DNA of 63,890 bases, filler included, from Hausera hauseri (GCA_046269625.1; 11 parts of 11 records of this genome joined end to end with filler, not necessarily neighbours in it), one strand, 5' to 3'; numbered from the whole stretch's first letter, positions 47,701 through 60,860 are shown. Notes: a model not told the origin generated them from the letters alone. Program-made: numbers and translations.

Positions 47701-48654
47701 AACCCTTCACGCAACTTATGTAGTTCTCCGAACCCAGACGGAATAAGTAAAAAGTACCGGCAACAATATCAACCATAAAACTATCGAAATTACGGAAACA
47801 GAGAGTTTTAGAATAACCGTACCCCAAACTGTCTTAAATGAACTACCCGGTACCAGCTACGAAAATTCCGGAACATCAACAAAAGAAATAGCCAAAAGCA
47901 CAATATTCAAGATTCCCCAAATTCCGAAAAAAAGCAAAAGGTTGAACTACCAAATCAGAAACCAAAAAATAAACTTTCCCTCTATGATTACATATTTAGG
48001 AAAACCCATAAAATGGCAGTTCCGCCGAAAACCCGGAAGACGCCCATATATCAAGAGAAAACCCATTAACAACAACCAGTCAGCAGTAATCAGGACCCAG
48101 AATTCTACGGACGAATCCAGACGGTTCACGGAAGGGAATGTCCTCAGAAATAGACACACACCAGGAAATCAACATTTCGCAAGAACGGAAGATCAACCTA
48201 AGATGTTAGTAACGACAGAGCACTACAGTCATGGGAAAATCAAGGAAGCAATGTTTTTTTCTTAAAACCACGCCCAAAAGGGAAGTGTATGAAAATACCT
48301 ATATATGGGAGAACCTCAAATTAGGGAAGTATGTGGCGTCGATTTTTCAATCAAAGAGGAATGGTAAGCTTTCAATACCCGTAGACAGACAAATAAAAAT
48401 CCTACTAAAAAAGGAATATCAAAAGTACCAGACGGAAAAGAAGGTTCCCGATTTAGACCGCGAAATGTTAGCAGATTGGATCTTGGTAACAGTACGTTAT
48501 GACTCAAAAAAAGCTCAATAGACCCCAGGCAAAAGAGGATTCACGGATATCTATNNNNNNNNNNNNNNNNNNNNNNNNNNNNNNNNNNNNNNNNNNNNTT
48601 AATTAATTAANNNNNNNNNNNNNNNNNNNNNNNNNNNNNNNNNNNNNNNNNNNN

Positions 48655-49804
48655 CGTTTAATATTTGAAAAATCGATAATACATAATGTAATAATCAATA
48701 AATCGAACGCCAAAAGTATAAAAATACATACCATCGATTAACATGAATCCTTATTTCGAAATTTATACATAGTAATAGGGAGATGTAAACAAGTGCGAAA
48801 AGCTGTCACATTTAAAACCTCCAACTGCGTTATTTTCACTTCATTCTCAAACATTTTTATCATATTATTAACCATCATTGTATTTTTATGTCTCTCTGAT
48901 TATTTGTTATAAAAATATCCCTGTGTGATAGTAAAATATAAGTAAATTTATAAGTTTGCTAACATCGATTTTTGGAAATGGAACATCATCATTAGTATGT
49001 TAGAATTCCATCAGGTAAAGTTACAGTGTGTTACATTCCAAGTAATTAAATAAAAAGGGCAAATATTAAAAATGGAACTCATCCTAAATAGATTAAGTTG
49101 GTGACTAATTAGGCACAGAATTTGGAAATTCCAAATTCCCATTACTACATCAGTCCCACACACGACACAGAACAATTACCCAAATTCGGAATTTGGAAAT
49201 TCCAAATTCCCATTCGCTCGACGGAGAATTTAAGAAAAATGATTGGACCAATTTAGAAATTTACATTAATGATTTTGAAAATTCCAAATAATCAGAAATT
49301 TAGCAGTATAAAAGATGTCACCAACTTGTTGAAACAACCATTATTATTACGAAATAAAATTTTGCTACCTTGTAATCTCGAGTATGAATACGAAACATGA
49401 TTTACGAGATTAAATGGATAAACGTGTCGGAAATAACAATAATAGAAATTTGATATCGATACAGCCCTCCTTTAATACAGTATCTATCTGCACCGTGTCT
49501 GTGACAACGGGTAAATCAAAAAAATAACGTTTAATATTTGAAAAATCGATAATACATAATGTAATAATCAATAAATCGAACGCCAAAAGTATAAAAATAC
49601 ATACTATCGATTAGCATGAATCCTTTTTCAAAATTTTTACATAGTAATAGGGAGATGTAAACAAGTGCAAAAAGCTGTCACATTTAAAACCTACAATTGC
49701 CTTATTTTCACTTCATTGTCAAACATTTTTATCATATTATTAAAGATCATTGTATTTTTATGTCTATCTGATTATTTGTTATAAAAATATCCCTGTGTGA
49801 TAGT
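48655..49804. repeat. ~277-bp direct repeat (48655-48932 and 49528-49804)
   Basis: Near-identical CGTTTAATATTTGAAAAATCGATAATAC...AAAAATATCCCTGTGTGATAGT. Confidence 0.9.
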
Positions 49805-49824
49805 GTTGAGGTCCACTAAACATT

Positions 49825-49899
49825 GCGATTCATGTTGATTTTCAAACATAATGACATAGACATGGCGATTCATGTTGATTTTCGAACATAATGACATAG
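49825..49899. repeat. 40-bp tandem duplication
   Basis: GCGATTCATGTTGATTTTC(A/G)AACATAATGACATAG, two copies. Confidence 0.85.
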
Positions 49900-52800
49900 T
49901 ATGATTAATATTAGTTGTAAATATATTTTAGTTCTTTCTTGATATCTCTTAATTGTTAAACCCAGTGATGGGTATATATATCATCCTGTTTTCCTGTACG
50001 TTTTTGTATCCAAAATGGTGACGACAATTGCGGGTCAAATATGCATGATAGTTTTGACGAAAATAGAGAATTACAAATTTTAGAAATCAAGAAATTAATT
50101 ACAAATTCAAGAAATTAATTACAAATCTTATCAAGAAACAAGAAATTAAATACAAATTACCAATTTTACACAATTAAGAAATACGAAAGTATTTTACACA
50201 ATTAAGAAATACGAAAGTGCAAATTTATTATATACAAATGAAAACGAAAGTGCAAATTTATTAATCACACAAATCTAGCTCAAGGATCAGCAAAATGACG
50301 TCAATTTAAAAAATTGAATTTAGAATATTGACATTGAATTGACGTCATTTCATTAACTGGGTTTAGCCGAAGTTCAACAGAATAAGGTCAATTTAAGAAT
50401 TAGATTTAGAATATTGACGCCTCCGCAAAAAACCGAAAGTATAAATAGACGATGTAATGGCAGTCAAAAAAAAACTAACTAACAAATTTTTCATACTCAT
50501 ACACAGATACTACTACGAATTCGTACTTGTAAACGAAACCTCCGAAGAACCGACTCGTGAAGAGTAAGGAGTTCTTGCATTTATAAACCATAATATTTTA
50601 ATATTAGAATAACTGCTAAACAGTCATAGAAGATATTGTTCTCTGTCCTCTTGGTAATAAATTTCAATTGAAGAATCTCACCTCGATTTCTGACACTTCG
50701 TAACAATCCAAATGGAAGGCACTAACCCTTTACGAAACCATGATAATGCTGCTGAGTTGGGTAAGTAGATTTGAACTTGTATTGTCGTCACCATTAAACC
50801 AATAAATTGTATTTTATTTTGTTGAATAAAAGTTTTTTAAATAATAAATGATGAAATGCCGTTTAATGAAAATGAATGATAGTATGCTGTGCAGACCAAG
50901 AAAAGGGGTTAAAAATGATTCTACGAATGGATATTCGGCGTAAACTAAAGGATTATGTGACAGGAGCATGGTTCTATGAAAACGAAAGCCGTTGTATGAA
51001 ATTACCCCAGCCAAGATCTCAGATAATCTCGAAAGACGGGTGAATCGGCCTAGGAGATACAACATGAATCAAAGAAACCCACACGTATAAATTCCCTTAT
51101 GTTTGCAGACGATCAAGTGATTATATGTTGCGTTGTATTACGTGTATAACATGAACTCTTTGTGCGAAATAACTCGAAAATTATATGTAATAATTATTTG
51201 TATAAATATAAGTAAACCAGTGTAACAGCGCAGATTATATTATGATAGCTTTACATTAGAAGTTGCGGAACTTGTAAAACCAATGGATTACACTAGTGGC
51301 CATGAAACAGGTCTCAATGGAAAGGAGAAAAACGTGGGGACGAACCTCTTCCCAATAACAGTATTTGTCAATGTCGATAGATTAGTATTATAAATTCGTA
51401 TTACCTTGTCGCCCCAATTATACCTTTGAGTATATGAATATTCGATTGTGTTGACTGTTTTTCTCATCCCGAATTGACATTAATGTATAAATTATGAATT
51501 ATTTTCTAATGTAACATTATTTATATGTGTATAATAGCTGTTCATGTAAAGACGAAGTATATGATTAATCAGAAAGGAAAGTTGAACTCCCGCATGACAC
51601 AAGAAGAATATAGTATATATTCCCTTTTAGTAATTTTGGTTAACAACCCTCTTATGATAATAAGATTTTGATAATGACATATATTTATATAGGAACTCAA
51701 AAAATTTCTGGAAAATTTATTTGTTCGTAAGTTGAAGTGATATGCAACATACAATACACTTCATGAATAGTTAAGTATAGGTACGCTCTATGGTCTTATG
51801 TGTTTATGGGTTGAATTATCAGAAATTAGCGTAAGGATCGATGGAGAGGTAAATCTATAAATATAAATTATACATTAAAATATAGACTGATGAACTAACA
51901 TCAGATTGAGCTATATAGTGCACCTAGATAAGTTAAAAGGAGTTAGAACAGGAACCAATAATTGAATTTCACGTTTTATTAAAGCGTATTGATGTTTTAT
52001 GCCTGATGAAATTGTCCACTAAGAGGTTTACTAACAGAATGAGATACCATATAAAAAGGGGAATAATTGAATAAGGGTATAAATATACAAATAAAAGAAC
52101 CAACGAATAAACAGGAAAATATTGTACTCAATACCATACAAACTGAGATTAATACTATATGAATAAACCCTGGTCTAGGGTATAGATATTGATAGGATTA
52201 CCCAATTAATGTGTGAGGATAAGAAGATAGAATTGAGAGGCAAGGAAAAAGTGAAGAATAACAAGGAAGAAAAAAGAAAGATGAACATCAACGCTAAATG
52301 GAAGTATGTATGTGAACAGATAATAAAGAAGTCAAAGAATAATTTTAACATTGGATGATTAGAAGCATATAATTCCAGTTGGAGATGACTTTATAATAAA
52401 TTGAAATATTGATGTTAAAAGACAAAAAACCTTTCTCATAATTGACAGAAGAATTAGATCACTCGTTATATTGTTTTTAAATCCTAGGAGGAGATAAAAA
52501 TAATTTACGAACAGCTAATTATTATTATACGATTCATTATATTATTATTTGATTTTATTGCATTTCGTATAAATAAATTATAGTATGACGATTATTCAAC
52601 ATGACTACAGTCTCATTTCTCACACCATCATGGATCAATGATTATAAAAATGTACAAGTTATTCGTAGTAACCATGAAAGTTACGATATTTCGACCATTG
52701 TAATAATATCCGTAAAATCACAATATTTAGAGCATCATATTAGCAAAAGTTATTGCAAGTTGCCATGGATTCGATGAGGTTATCATACATGTTTATGGAC

Positions 52801-54358
52801 ACCTAAAAAACCCTAGTTTGACATAGTTATGACACAGATATGCGAATGCATACGAACTCCACAATTTGTTATAGTTGAAATTAAGATTAACATTACGACT
52901 TACATACTTCAAATCATGAGAACAAATTATTAAACAAACGGTTTAATTGTCGAAACCAATTGAACAAGAGCAGGATCAGACTGAGAGTAATTACGTGGAA
53001 GAATAAATTTTTATAAGAAATAATTTATATCTCGATACATGCTAAAGGTATATGAACGACCCCTGTACTTGTCAATAATTACACCTTGTTTACACACCTT
53101 TTCCCATTACTTTGACGTATAGCCGTAACACTTAAATATAGTAATTTTAACGAGCTATTATCTTTAACATTGGAGGTTTGTACGGATTGGCAATCTTTGG
53201 TTGAGAAGAGATGACGCGGTCGAGGATGTTTGTAAATGGGGTCCATTTGGAATGGCGTTATAGCATTCATAATAAAGTTTCGAATTTATTATTATTAACA
53301 AATAAATCAAATAAAATTCGAAACGTATCATTGTCTTTGTTTGTTTTATATTTTGTCGTGACATTCACATTGTTTCTTGCATTTTTAATCGGTGTTGATA
53401 AAGTTATTTTGTAGCTTGTAGGGTTTATACTGCTTTTACAGGACTGTTGATATTCTGGTTTAGACCGGATTCATTGTAGGTTATGTCGAATGAACTTATT
53501 GGGATTAATTTTACGAATTGAATAATTGTATGAATATCTGACGTATACGACGATCGATTGAACAAAAATGAATTGTAGTGGTTAGGTGAGATTATAGGCC
53601 TAAATGCTGATGGGTGGATATGATCTGGCGAGTTTTGGATGTGTAGCTATGGGGTTGAGACATGGAAGCTTGAGACCTCAGAGGGCATCCAATGGGACTT
53701 GTTTTGAATTAAAATTGCGTGCTATATCGAGTGAATAAAATTGGACAATCATCACTATCTGGAGATAAATATGTTGAACCGCAGATTGGAATGTAAAGTT
53801 TGTTTTCAGCATGACGCACGAGGAAAAAACGATGAATACCTTATTGGATAACATACGCGATGATGGAATGGTGAACGCATTCACCGGATCGTGGATACAA
53901 TACTGTCATATGATTGCGAGAAGAGAGAATGGAAGGAATAGATTTTCCGAGTACTATTTGGTATACGAACGCGTGATCTCGATTGGAACCGAATTAATTA
54001 CTACGTATTACAAACTCAGATCTTTGGTTAGAGTCGGATTGAATAATATACTTCATTTTGAAATTGTCGGTCTCTCTTGGAGGTGTACATATTCCTGGTT
54101 GAAATCGAAGGGTATATCATACATTATTTTGGAATAATCTGGAAATGAGAAGATAGCATACACATATATAATGGGTAAGCATAATAATATAATCCCAAGA
54201 ATTATAGGCGCAGGTACCTTGCGTACCGAACCGCCATCGGACTTCCCCTTCAGGTTCAATAAAAATTTATTTATATGTTACTATGAAATCCTATGAAGCC
54301 CCACAATATTCCAATATTTCGTCTACCTTGAATTCGACATAAATTGTAACATATAAAC

Positions 54359-54375
54359 TGGTGCCCCGAGTGAGG
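54359..54375 (+). promoter_or_regulatory. Probable primer-binding site (elongator tRNA-Met) after an LTR end
   Basis: TGGTGCCCCGAGTGAGG resembles the complement of the metazoan tRNA-Met 3' end (...CCTCACACGGGGCACCA). Preceded by ...TGTAACA plus 7 nt, with AATAAA near 54258. Confidence 0.55.
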
Positions 54376-54522
54376 ACACCTTCGGACTATAAGAAAGGAA
54401 TGCGATTAAAATAATCGATAATNNNNNNNNNNNNNNNNNNNNNNNNNNNNNNNNNNNNNNNNNNNNTTAATTAATTAANNNNNNNNNNNNNNNNNNNNNN
54501 NNNNNNNNNNNNNNNNNNNNNN

Positions 54523-54930
54523 ACGTTGTCTACAATCTACAAGAAGGTTGTAGAAAGATAGGAAATCAGATCCAAGTATTGGCGATTGTGTGTCGGCAAC
54601 AATGAATGTCCAATTGAAAATATCGGGGAATTGTGGTAACGTGAATGAAACTTTGGATGTGACAAAAATGCGTAAGGCTTGGCCGTTTGTTGTGTAAAGT
54701 TTGATGTTAGACTGTGAGATAGACAGTGTTTTGATGGATGGCGGTAATAAGGAAACGGCAGCCACTGAGACAATGAGGAAATTGATTGGTTGATTTGGAT
54801 TGGTTGTTAGGGAGGCTTTTAATGTGAAGACAGCGTTTGTGCGGATGTAGCAATGACGAGGGTAGCCTTTGCCAGCATGCGCCGGAACATCTGGCGGCTT
54901 TATCAATTTTTTTGAATAGAAGGATTTGGT
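54523..54930 (-). pseudogene. pol: Gypsy protease remnant
   Basis: FLIVSVAAVSLLP (degenerate DSGA) and WTFIVADTQSPILGSDFL. Confidence 0.8.
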
Positions 54931-54962
54931 GAATCAGGAAAATTACGATGGGATTGGTTAAG

Positions 54963-56063
54963 TCAACTGGAAAACGTGCAACCGTCGACGCAGTTTTGGG
55001 CTTTGTTACCGAACCTATTACGATAAATGCAAACGATGTCGGGTTTTTGAGAAGCTGATGTATAGAGTTTGCATTCCAAGCAACATTTTCTGAATTGGTT
55101 TTTGAATTTATTGTGATAATAGCATACCATAGGTCGAGTAGGGGACCTAGCGGATCTAAAATTTTGCGATGAGGCATGGCTGTGATTAAATGTGAATCGA
55201 TTTCGTCGCGGCATGGATAAATTGTCCAGTTTGGAAGTTAGAGCAGAAATGGCTTGTTGGATTGCCTTGTTTTCAGATCGGAGAGTGTTTATTTGATTAC
55301 TCAGCGCTAAGATTTCAGCATTGGGTGGTGTTATAGGCGGTTGCAATGTGGCTGCGACGATAAGGGCATGATGTGTATTTAGTATATCGTAACTTTTATC
55401 AGCCAGTTGAGCTAACTTTTCTAACGTAGCGGTATCTTCAACTACTGTTAGTAAAGCGCGTATTTCCTTCGGTAGTGATTGCAGAAAATATCTGCGCAAT
55501 AAGTCGGCGTTGTTGGTTTGATTTACTCCCAACTTGCTTAATTGAGTCAAGGACGTTTGTAAAAATTCAGAGGGTTTTAGTGTGCCTATTGTGTTTTCAT
55601 TGAAATATTTCTGGATAATGTTATCCAGAGAAGGCTCGGTAAGTTTAAGTACGGCGTTGAATAGTAATTCGTATGGGTCTACTGTCTGAAAAATATCGGA
55701 AAGATTAGGTAGTAGTGACTTAAGGTTGGCTGGTAAAAGTATTAATAGGCTATTGGCTTTGAAGAAAGGGTCAGTGATCTTATTCGATTTTAACCACTGC
55801 GCGTGGAATTCTAGCCATGTACGACTGGAGTGTTGTTTATCTGTAAAATGGTTGACACAAGGGAAATTGACCAAAGAGGGTGCAGCAGGTGGGACTAAAG
55901 GAGACTGCTTTAGCGGAACATGTATGGTTGGAATGTCAATAAAATCTTGTTGGTCCTGAGAAGATACTTTTGGGTCAGATCCGCCTAGCAAACAGTAATG
56001 TGCAGTTAGTATTGGCGTCAAAGATGAGCGTGTATAGTTGGTGATAATATCGAATTGCTGCAA
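54963..56063 (-). CDS. gag: Gypsy Gag (DUF7041-type N-terminus; two C-x2-H-type Cys/His boxes, the second degenerate)
   Basis: TWLEFH...ITDPFFK...DPYELL...IGTLKPSEFL...LLRRYFLQSLP...LEKLAQLADK, then CYYHNKFKNQFRKCCLEC and CIYRNRFGNKAQNCVDGC. Confidence 0.85.
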   Translation of the reverse strand: MQQFDIITNYTRSSLTPILTAHYCLLGGSDPKVSSQDQQDFIDIPTIHVPLKQSPLVPPAAPSLVNFPCVNHFTDKQHSSRTWLEFHAQWLKSNKITDPFFKANSLLILLPANLKSLLPNLSDIFQTVDPYELLFNAVLKLTEPSLDNIIQKYFNENTIGTLKPSEFLQTSLTQLSKLGVNQTNNADLLRRYFLQSLPKEIRALLTVVEDTATLEKLAQLADKSYDILNTHHALIVAATLQPPITPPNAEILALSNQINTLRSENKAIQQAISALTSKLDNLSMPRRNRFTFNHSHASSQNFRSARSPTRPMVCYYHNKFKNQFRKCCLECKLYTSASQKPDIVCIYRNRFGNKAQNCVDGCTFSS

Positions 56064-56459
56064 AAAGAATCCATTAAAGCTGAGACGGAAATTAGTTGGT
56101 AATGCTTCTCGTTGTACAGCCCCGAACCAATGTGCGATGGTTGCTGTTTGATGTATATAGTATGTGCATGTGAGTTTACTTCCAAGTGAAAGTTAAAAAA
56201 AATGAAGTTTGCAGATATGTCGGGTGTGCAGACATGTTTATTTTGTAAGAGAAGAGAAATAGATATGAAAGTGTGTTATTTCAGGGGTACAGTGCGTCAC
56301 CGGGGACACGGTCGCACCCAAAGTCCCTATATTGTAATGGCTTATCTTTTTGATCGTGAAGATCATTAATTTGTGTTGCGATAGTTCATTATTGGCATTG
56401 CAGCAAAACTAGGAAAATTTCAGACTATTGTCAAAATATGGGATAACCAATTCTTCGGG

Positions 56460-59210
56460 TACTTTTTTATGTTAATGATTTAATACATTCATTAATATAT
56501 GTATAACGGAAATATGACAGATTCACTGACCTTTCTTTGATGATATTCCTCAAATCTTTACTGGTTTCTTCAGTTTCGATGATTGCTGTCTTCGATGATT
56601 CACAAAGTAATATTTGGCGTGATAACGCATGATAAATGGTGGACAATTTTGGGGAATCATGCCATAGTAGAAATGTTAGATTGGATTTTTCGAAAATGTG
56701 ACAAAAAATTCGGAGATTTCTACTCGAATTTGTATCATTCTTTTTTGAACGGCAAATTCGATTTGCCAAATCTGTGAGACAACAGAGAGTATATCCAATT
56801 TACGGGAAACGGAATAAAAATGCAAATTCTGCAAACGCGTTCGAATATCATTCGACGATGTGGTGTGTTGAGAAATCCGCTGAGAAATTTTGTTGAAATT
56901 ACTATAAATTTGTTGAGACAATAAAATGAGCTGGAGACAACCACGGATATCATCAGATGAATTGGTCAAATCAATGTTAACAAATAATGATTTACCGAGC
57001 TTTTGAAGGATATTCTTCATTTTAACGGAATCAGTACGCGTCAATACAATCGGTCTTTTGTTTTTTAATTAGACTTGAATTTGAATTAGGAAACCCTTGA
57101 CCCTGTTCAAAAACAATATCCGCCTTATCAAATACGATCAATTGATTCTTTTTTACTTTTAAACGAGATTGTTGTTTTCGAGTCTTATCCAATTGATATG
57201 CTTTAGATTGCATATTCAATTTCCGACGTTTCCTACGCGGAGAACAGAAATCTTCCGTGGGTTTTCGTTTTTTGCTCAGCATATGTCTCTTTACCAGTTC
57301 AGACGCTGCTACAATCACTTTCCATGGTAAGGTAAGGAATATGGGCAGTTTAACGTATAGGATCATAGGAAATGACATGTTCAATTTGAGATGGAATCTT
57401 AAGTCGATACGGACCCAAAACAGGAATAATACGTTTATGAAACCATGATGCAAACATTGATTTGACATGTGGATCAACAATAAGTGCCTAGTGATCACGG
57501 AGTTCATCATTCGTAGCATTGAAACATTCTGGTCCACATTTCAATGCCAAATACAGCAAAAACAAATCATCAGCAGTTTCCTTATTTGTCAAATAAAATG
57601 ACAATTGCAAATCAATATTCGTCGCCATTTGTAATTCATTAATCGATTTCGTACACGATTGAAAAAAATCGGTTGGTGATAATTTCAATTTATGAGAATA
57701 TTTCCCTACAAAACAGAAATTCGTCAATCGTTTGTCATTCTTATTTAACGTAACGTGAGTCTGTACGGTAAAATTCAAAAGTTCGGCATCAGTTTGAATT
57801 CGAGTTTTGTATTGCGTTAAAATCAAATTCGGCAAATCAGTGAGGCAATTGTAAACTAATGAATACTGATTGAGGAGTTCTTTAACTTTTATTAATTCCT
57901 CGGGAAATAATTTCTCGTAGAGTCTGTCGATGTTGTCACTTTTCATAACATCTTTGATGACGGCTGTTGCCATTTTGTCACATTTCCTTTGTCAATTGAC
58001 ATGTTGGTAAATTTTCATGGCAATGTTTGCAATTGTTTCCCCTCACGGAATTCATCTCCAATTTCACGCGGCAAATTTCATTGCAAATCGCCGACAATTC
58101 CACTATATTCTCCTCTGAAATCGGTCGACATTTACCATTCAAAATCCGCCAACAATTTCGCGCCATTCTCCCGTGTTAATTTATTCACGAGCCTCCGCAC
58201 AATCCGCACAGAAAGTGTATCCGTCAGACTAAGCAAATCGACAAGAAATGGCCGCACAACGGCAAAAGACTCGTTACTCGGACTCGACCTGACAATGTTC
58301 GTTAACTGAGTCTCATTCAATTGTCTGGAACACTGACTGTCTTCACTATACGCGGACCAATTTTCGTTGAGTATCAAATCAGTATTTACTTCTTTCCATC
58401 TTTCAAACCACATTTTAAATTTCCATACCTGCGGCACACTGGTGAAATAATGATCGGATACTTTTGGTGTATAAATCCAACCAAGATTTTCCGGTCTGCG
58501 GAACAATTTTCTGGAGCAAATTCATATAAATTTTGTAACAGTTTAGAAATTGAGTATGTTGAGAAACTGTCAAGATTCTTTGGTTCATTTCGTCATCTGC
58601 TTCTGGTGATTTTTCTTTATTTTCAACCACTTGCAAAAATTCCGCAAACGACATTTCTACATTGTCGCAATGTTTACTAGAATCAGACAAATTTTCATTT
58701 TCATCAGAAATATAGTCAAATGTTTGGACGTCTGTTGTATTTGGAATGGTATTCTGAACTTCTGACATCATTGTTAAAGATACATATGAAAGATAAATAA
58801 ATCCAAATGGTAATAGAAGTGAGAGTAATAAATCTAAACTATCATAAACTGTATTTCAAATTCAAAAAATTTTTATCCATAATTTCTCATCAATATTTTC
58901 ATGTTAATATACAAAAATATTTACATATATATATATATATATATACCTTTAGTCTGAAGGTTTCGTCACAGTCGTTAGTGATATGATCTTTATTCACGTG
59001 AAATAATATCACATTTATCATAACGCAATTCATTATACTCACGACCAGCTGCAATGAACACACGAAAATATTCGAAATCTTCGGAACAAGTTTCTCTTTC
59101 TTCTGACTGACCTTTCGAATGAGTTTCGACACATTTAAATTGAAGTAGTTATTCCGTTCCTCGAAAAATGCCCAATTTTTGTATCTGTCCATTTTGTCAT
59201 GATCATCCAT
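56460..59210 (-). pseudogene. Frame-disrupted gene of unknown function
   Basis: Chain of abutting or overlapping minus-strand ORFs (58899-59210, 58415-58771, 58132-58506, 57978-58166, 57488-57973, 57031-57537, 56676-57044). Contains a CxxC...CxxC pair and an NLS-like RRKRRK. No family recognised. Confidence 0.45.
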
Positions 59211-59491
59211 GATTCATATCAATTCACTTGGCAGTTCTCCGACGGATCCAAAGTTTNNNNNNNNNNNNNNNNNNNNNNNNNNNNNNNNNNNNNNNNNNNN
59301 TTAATTAATTAANNNNNNNNNNNNNNNNNNNNNNNNNNNNNNNNNNNNNNNNNNNNTGATTATTTCAGGGATTTTGCGTAAATCTATAAATAAACTGATT
59401 GCAACAATAATCACAATTTAAAAGATAAGAACGACAATTATAATGTGTATTTTTAAACTATCAAACATCATTTATGTATTGAACTGTAATA

Positions 59492-59650
59492 TTGTCCTTC
59501 AATGCAGAAACAACTTCTTTCATTGATATTTCTGTTTCTGCAAATTCCATACCTTGCTGTGCTCGTAAGAGTTCTAATAATGATAGTCGAGTAACATCGG
59601 GAAGTATTGTTCCATTAAATGGTAGGGTAACAACTTCATGTTCAACAACT
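59492..59650 (-). pseudogene. Orphan exon of branched-chain amino-acid aminotransferase (BCAT-like)
   Basis: EHEVVTLPFNGTILPDVTRLSLLELLRAQQGMEFAETEISMKEVVSALKDN resembles BCAT ELxTPPLDGxILPGVTRxSxLEL. Preceded by TTTCCAG. The conserved Gly is replaced by Asp. Confidence 0.6.
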
Positions 59651-60350
59651 CTGGAAACTCTGGTATTAGATACCGACAGTGTTTAGTTCACCAGTATTTC
59701 AAAAGTAAGAGAGTCAGTTTTAGACACCAAATTAAATAGATAACACAACCATATTCTGGCACGATGAGATAAAACGACAAAAGTGCATCAAATCGTCGGC
59801 AATTACAAAGACAAATAAAACAAAGACAAAAATAAAAACAACAACAGTATATTAACAGGTCAATAAAATTGTTCAAAGGAGCAAGGCTTTGTTGGGCACA
59901 ACATTTACACAGAAATGGTAAAAGTTTATTGGAAAAATTTTGCTTCGATCTCAAGTCATAGCCAAAAAACTGAGTTACATAATCGATAGATAATCTCTAT
60001 ATATTAAACTTAGAAATATTTTAAAAATTATTTTAGTTTTTACCGAGAAAATTATTTTCCTGAAATAAATAAAAATATTTTAAAATTCTATTTGGTGCAG
60101 AATTTAATTCTGCATTGAATAGTGCACAAATCAACTAATTTGAACTTTTTAAAGTTGTGCCGCAGTGCAAAATTGTGCTATTTTTGCACTTTGCGCACTT
60201 TTCAATCAAGAAGCTACCATATTTTTATTGAAGATTCTTGTAAAGAATAAAAGTTTACATCTTTTATATCATAATAATTTTATTTAAATTTTGTTAATTT
60301 TGTTGATACAGGGGTCTTGTCTCGACCTTTAGTACGTATCAACATATAAG

Positions 60351-60860
60351 TGTCGGGGCACTTATACCTATTAAGTAATGATTGGATATAAGCTTATGTC
60401 AATAATGTACTGACCTATATAAAATGTCGGGGCACGTATATCTATTAAGTAATGACCGGATATAAGTTTATCTCAATTATATATTGATCTATATAAATCT
60501 CCTTCACCAGTTGGTATTTTGATTTATACTCATAATTCAGACCAGTAACGATTGTAACCCTATTAATATTTATATTTGCCTGTGGTTCGATCCTATTTCT
60601 CCTTAATAAAAATCTTTCTTTTCGCCTAGGTTGTATACAAATTTAATCAAATATACGCATATATAAACCAATAATTGTGAACAGTTCAAGACAATAATGC
60701 TTGCTAAAATTAAATACGAATTCAATAAAATATACGCATACTCAATCAATAATTATAAACAATTCAAAGCATCAATATGCGAAATTTAAATACGAATTCA
60801 ATTAAATATACTTAGTTCAAATCAATAATTGTAAATGATTCAGAGCAACCATGCAACCTA
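60351..60860. repeat. Two short tandem repeats: 74-bp x2 (60351-60498) and ~77-bp x3 (about 60640-60860)
   Basis: TGTCGGGGCAC.TATA.CTATTAAGTAATGA..GGATATAAG occurs twice. AAATATAC...CAATAATT...TTCA recurs. Confidence 0.7.

Noticed and set aside
50500-54250. Possible env-like or host exons in this stretch
   Set aside because: Only short ORFs with no identifiable domain, so no call could be supported.
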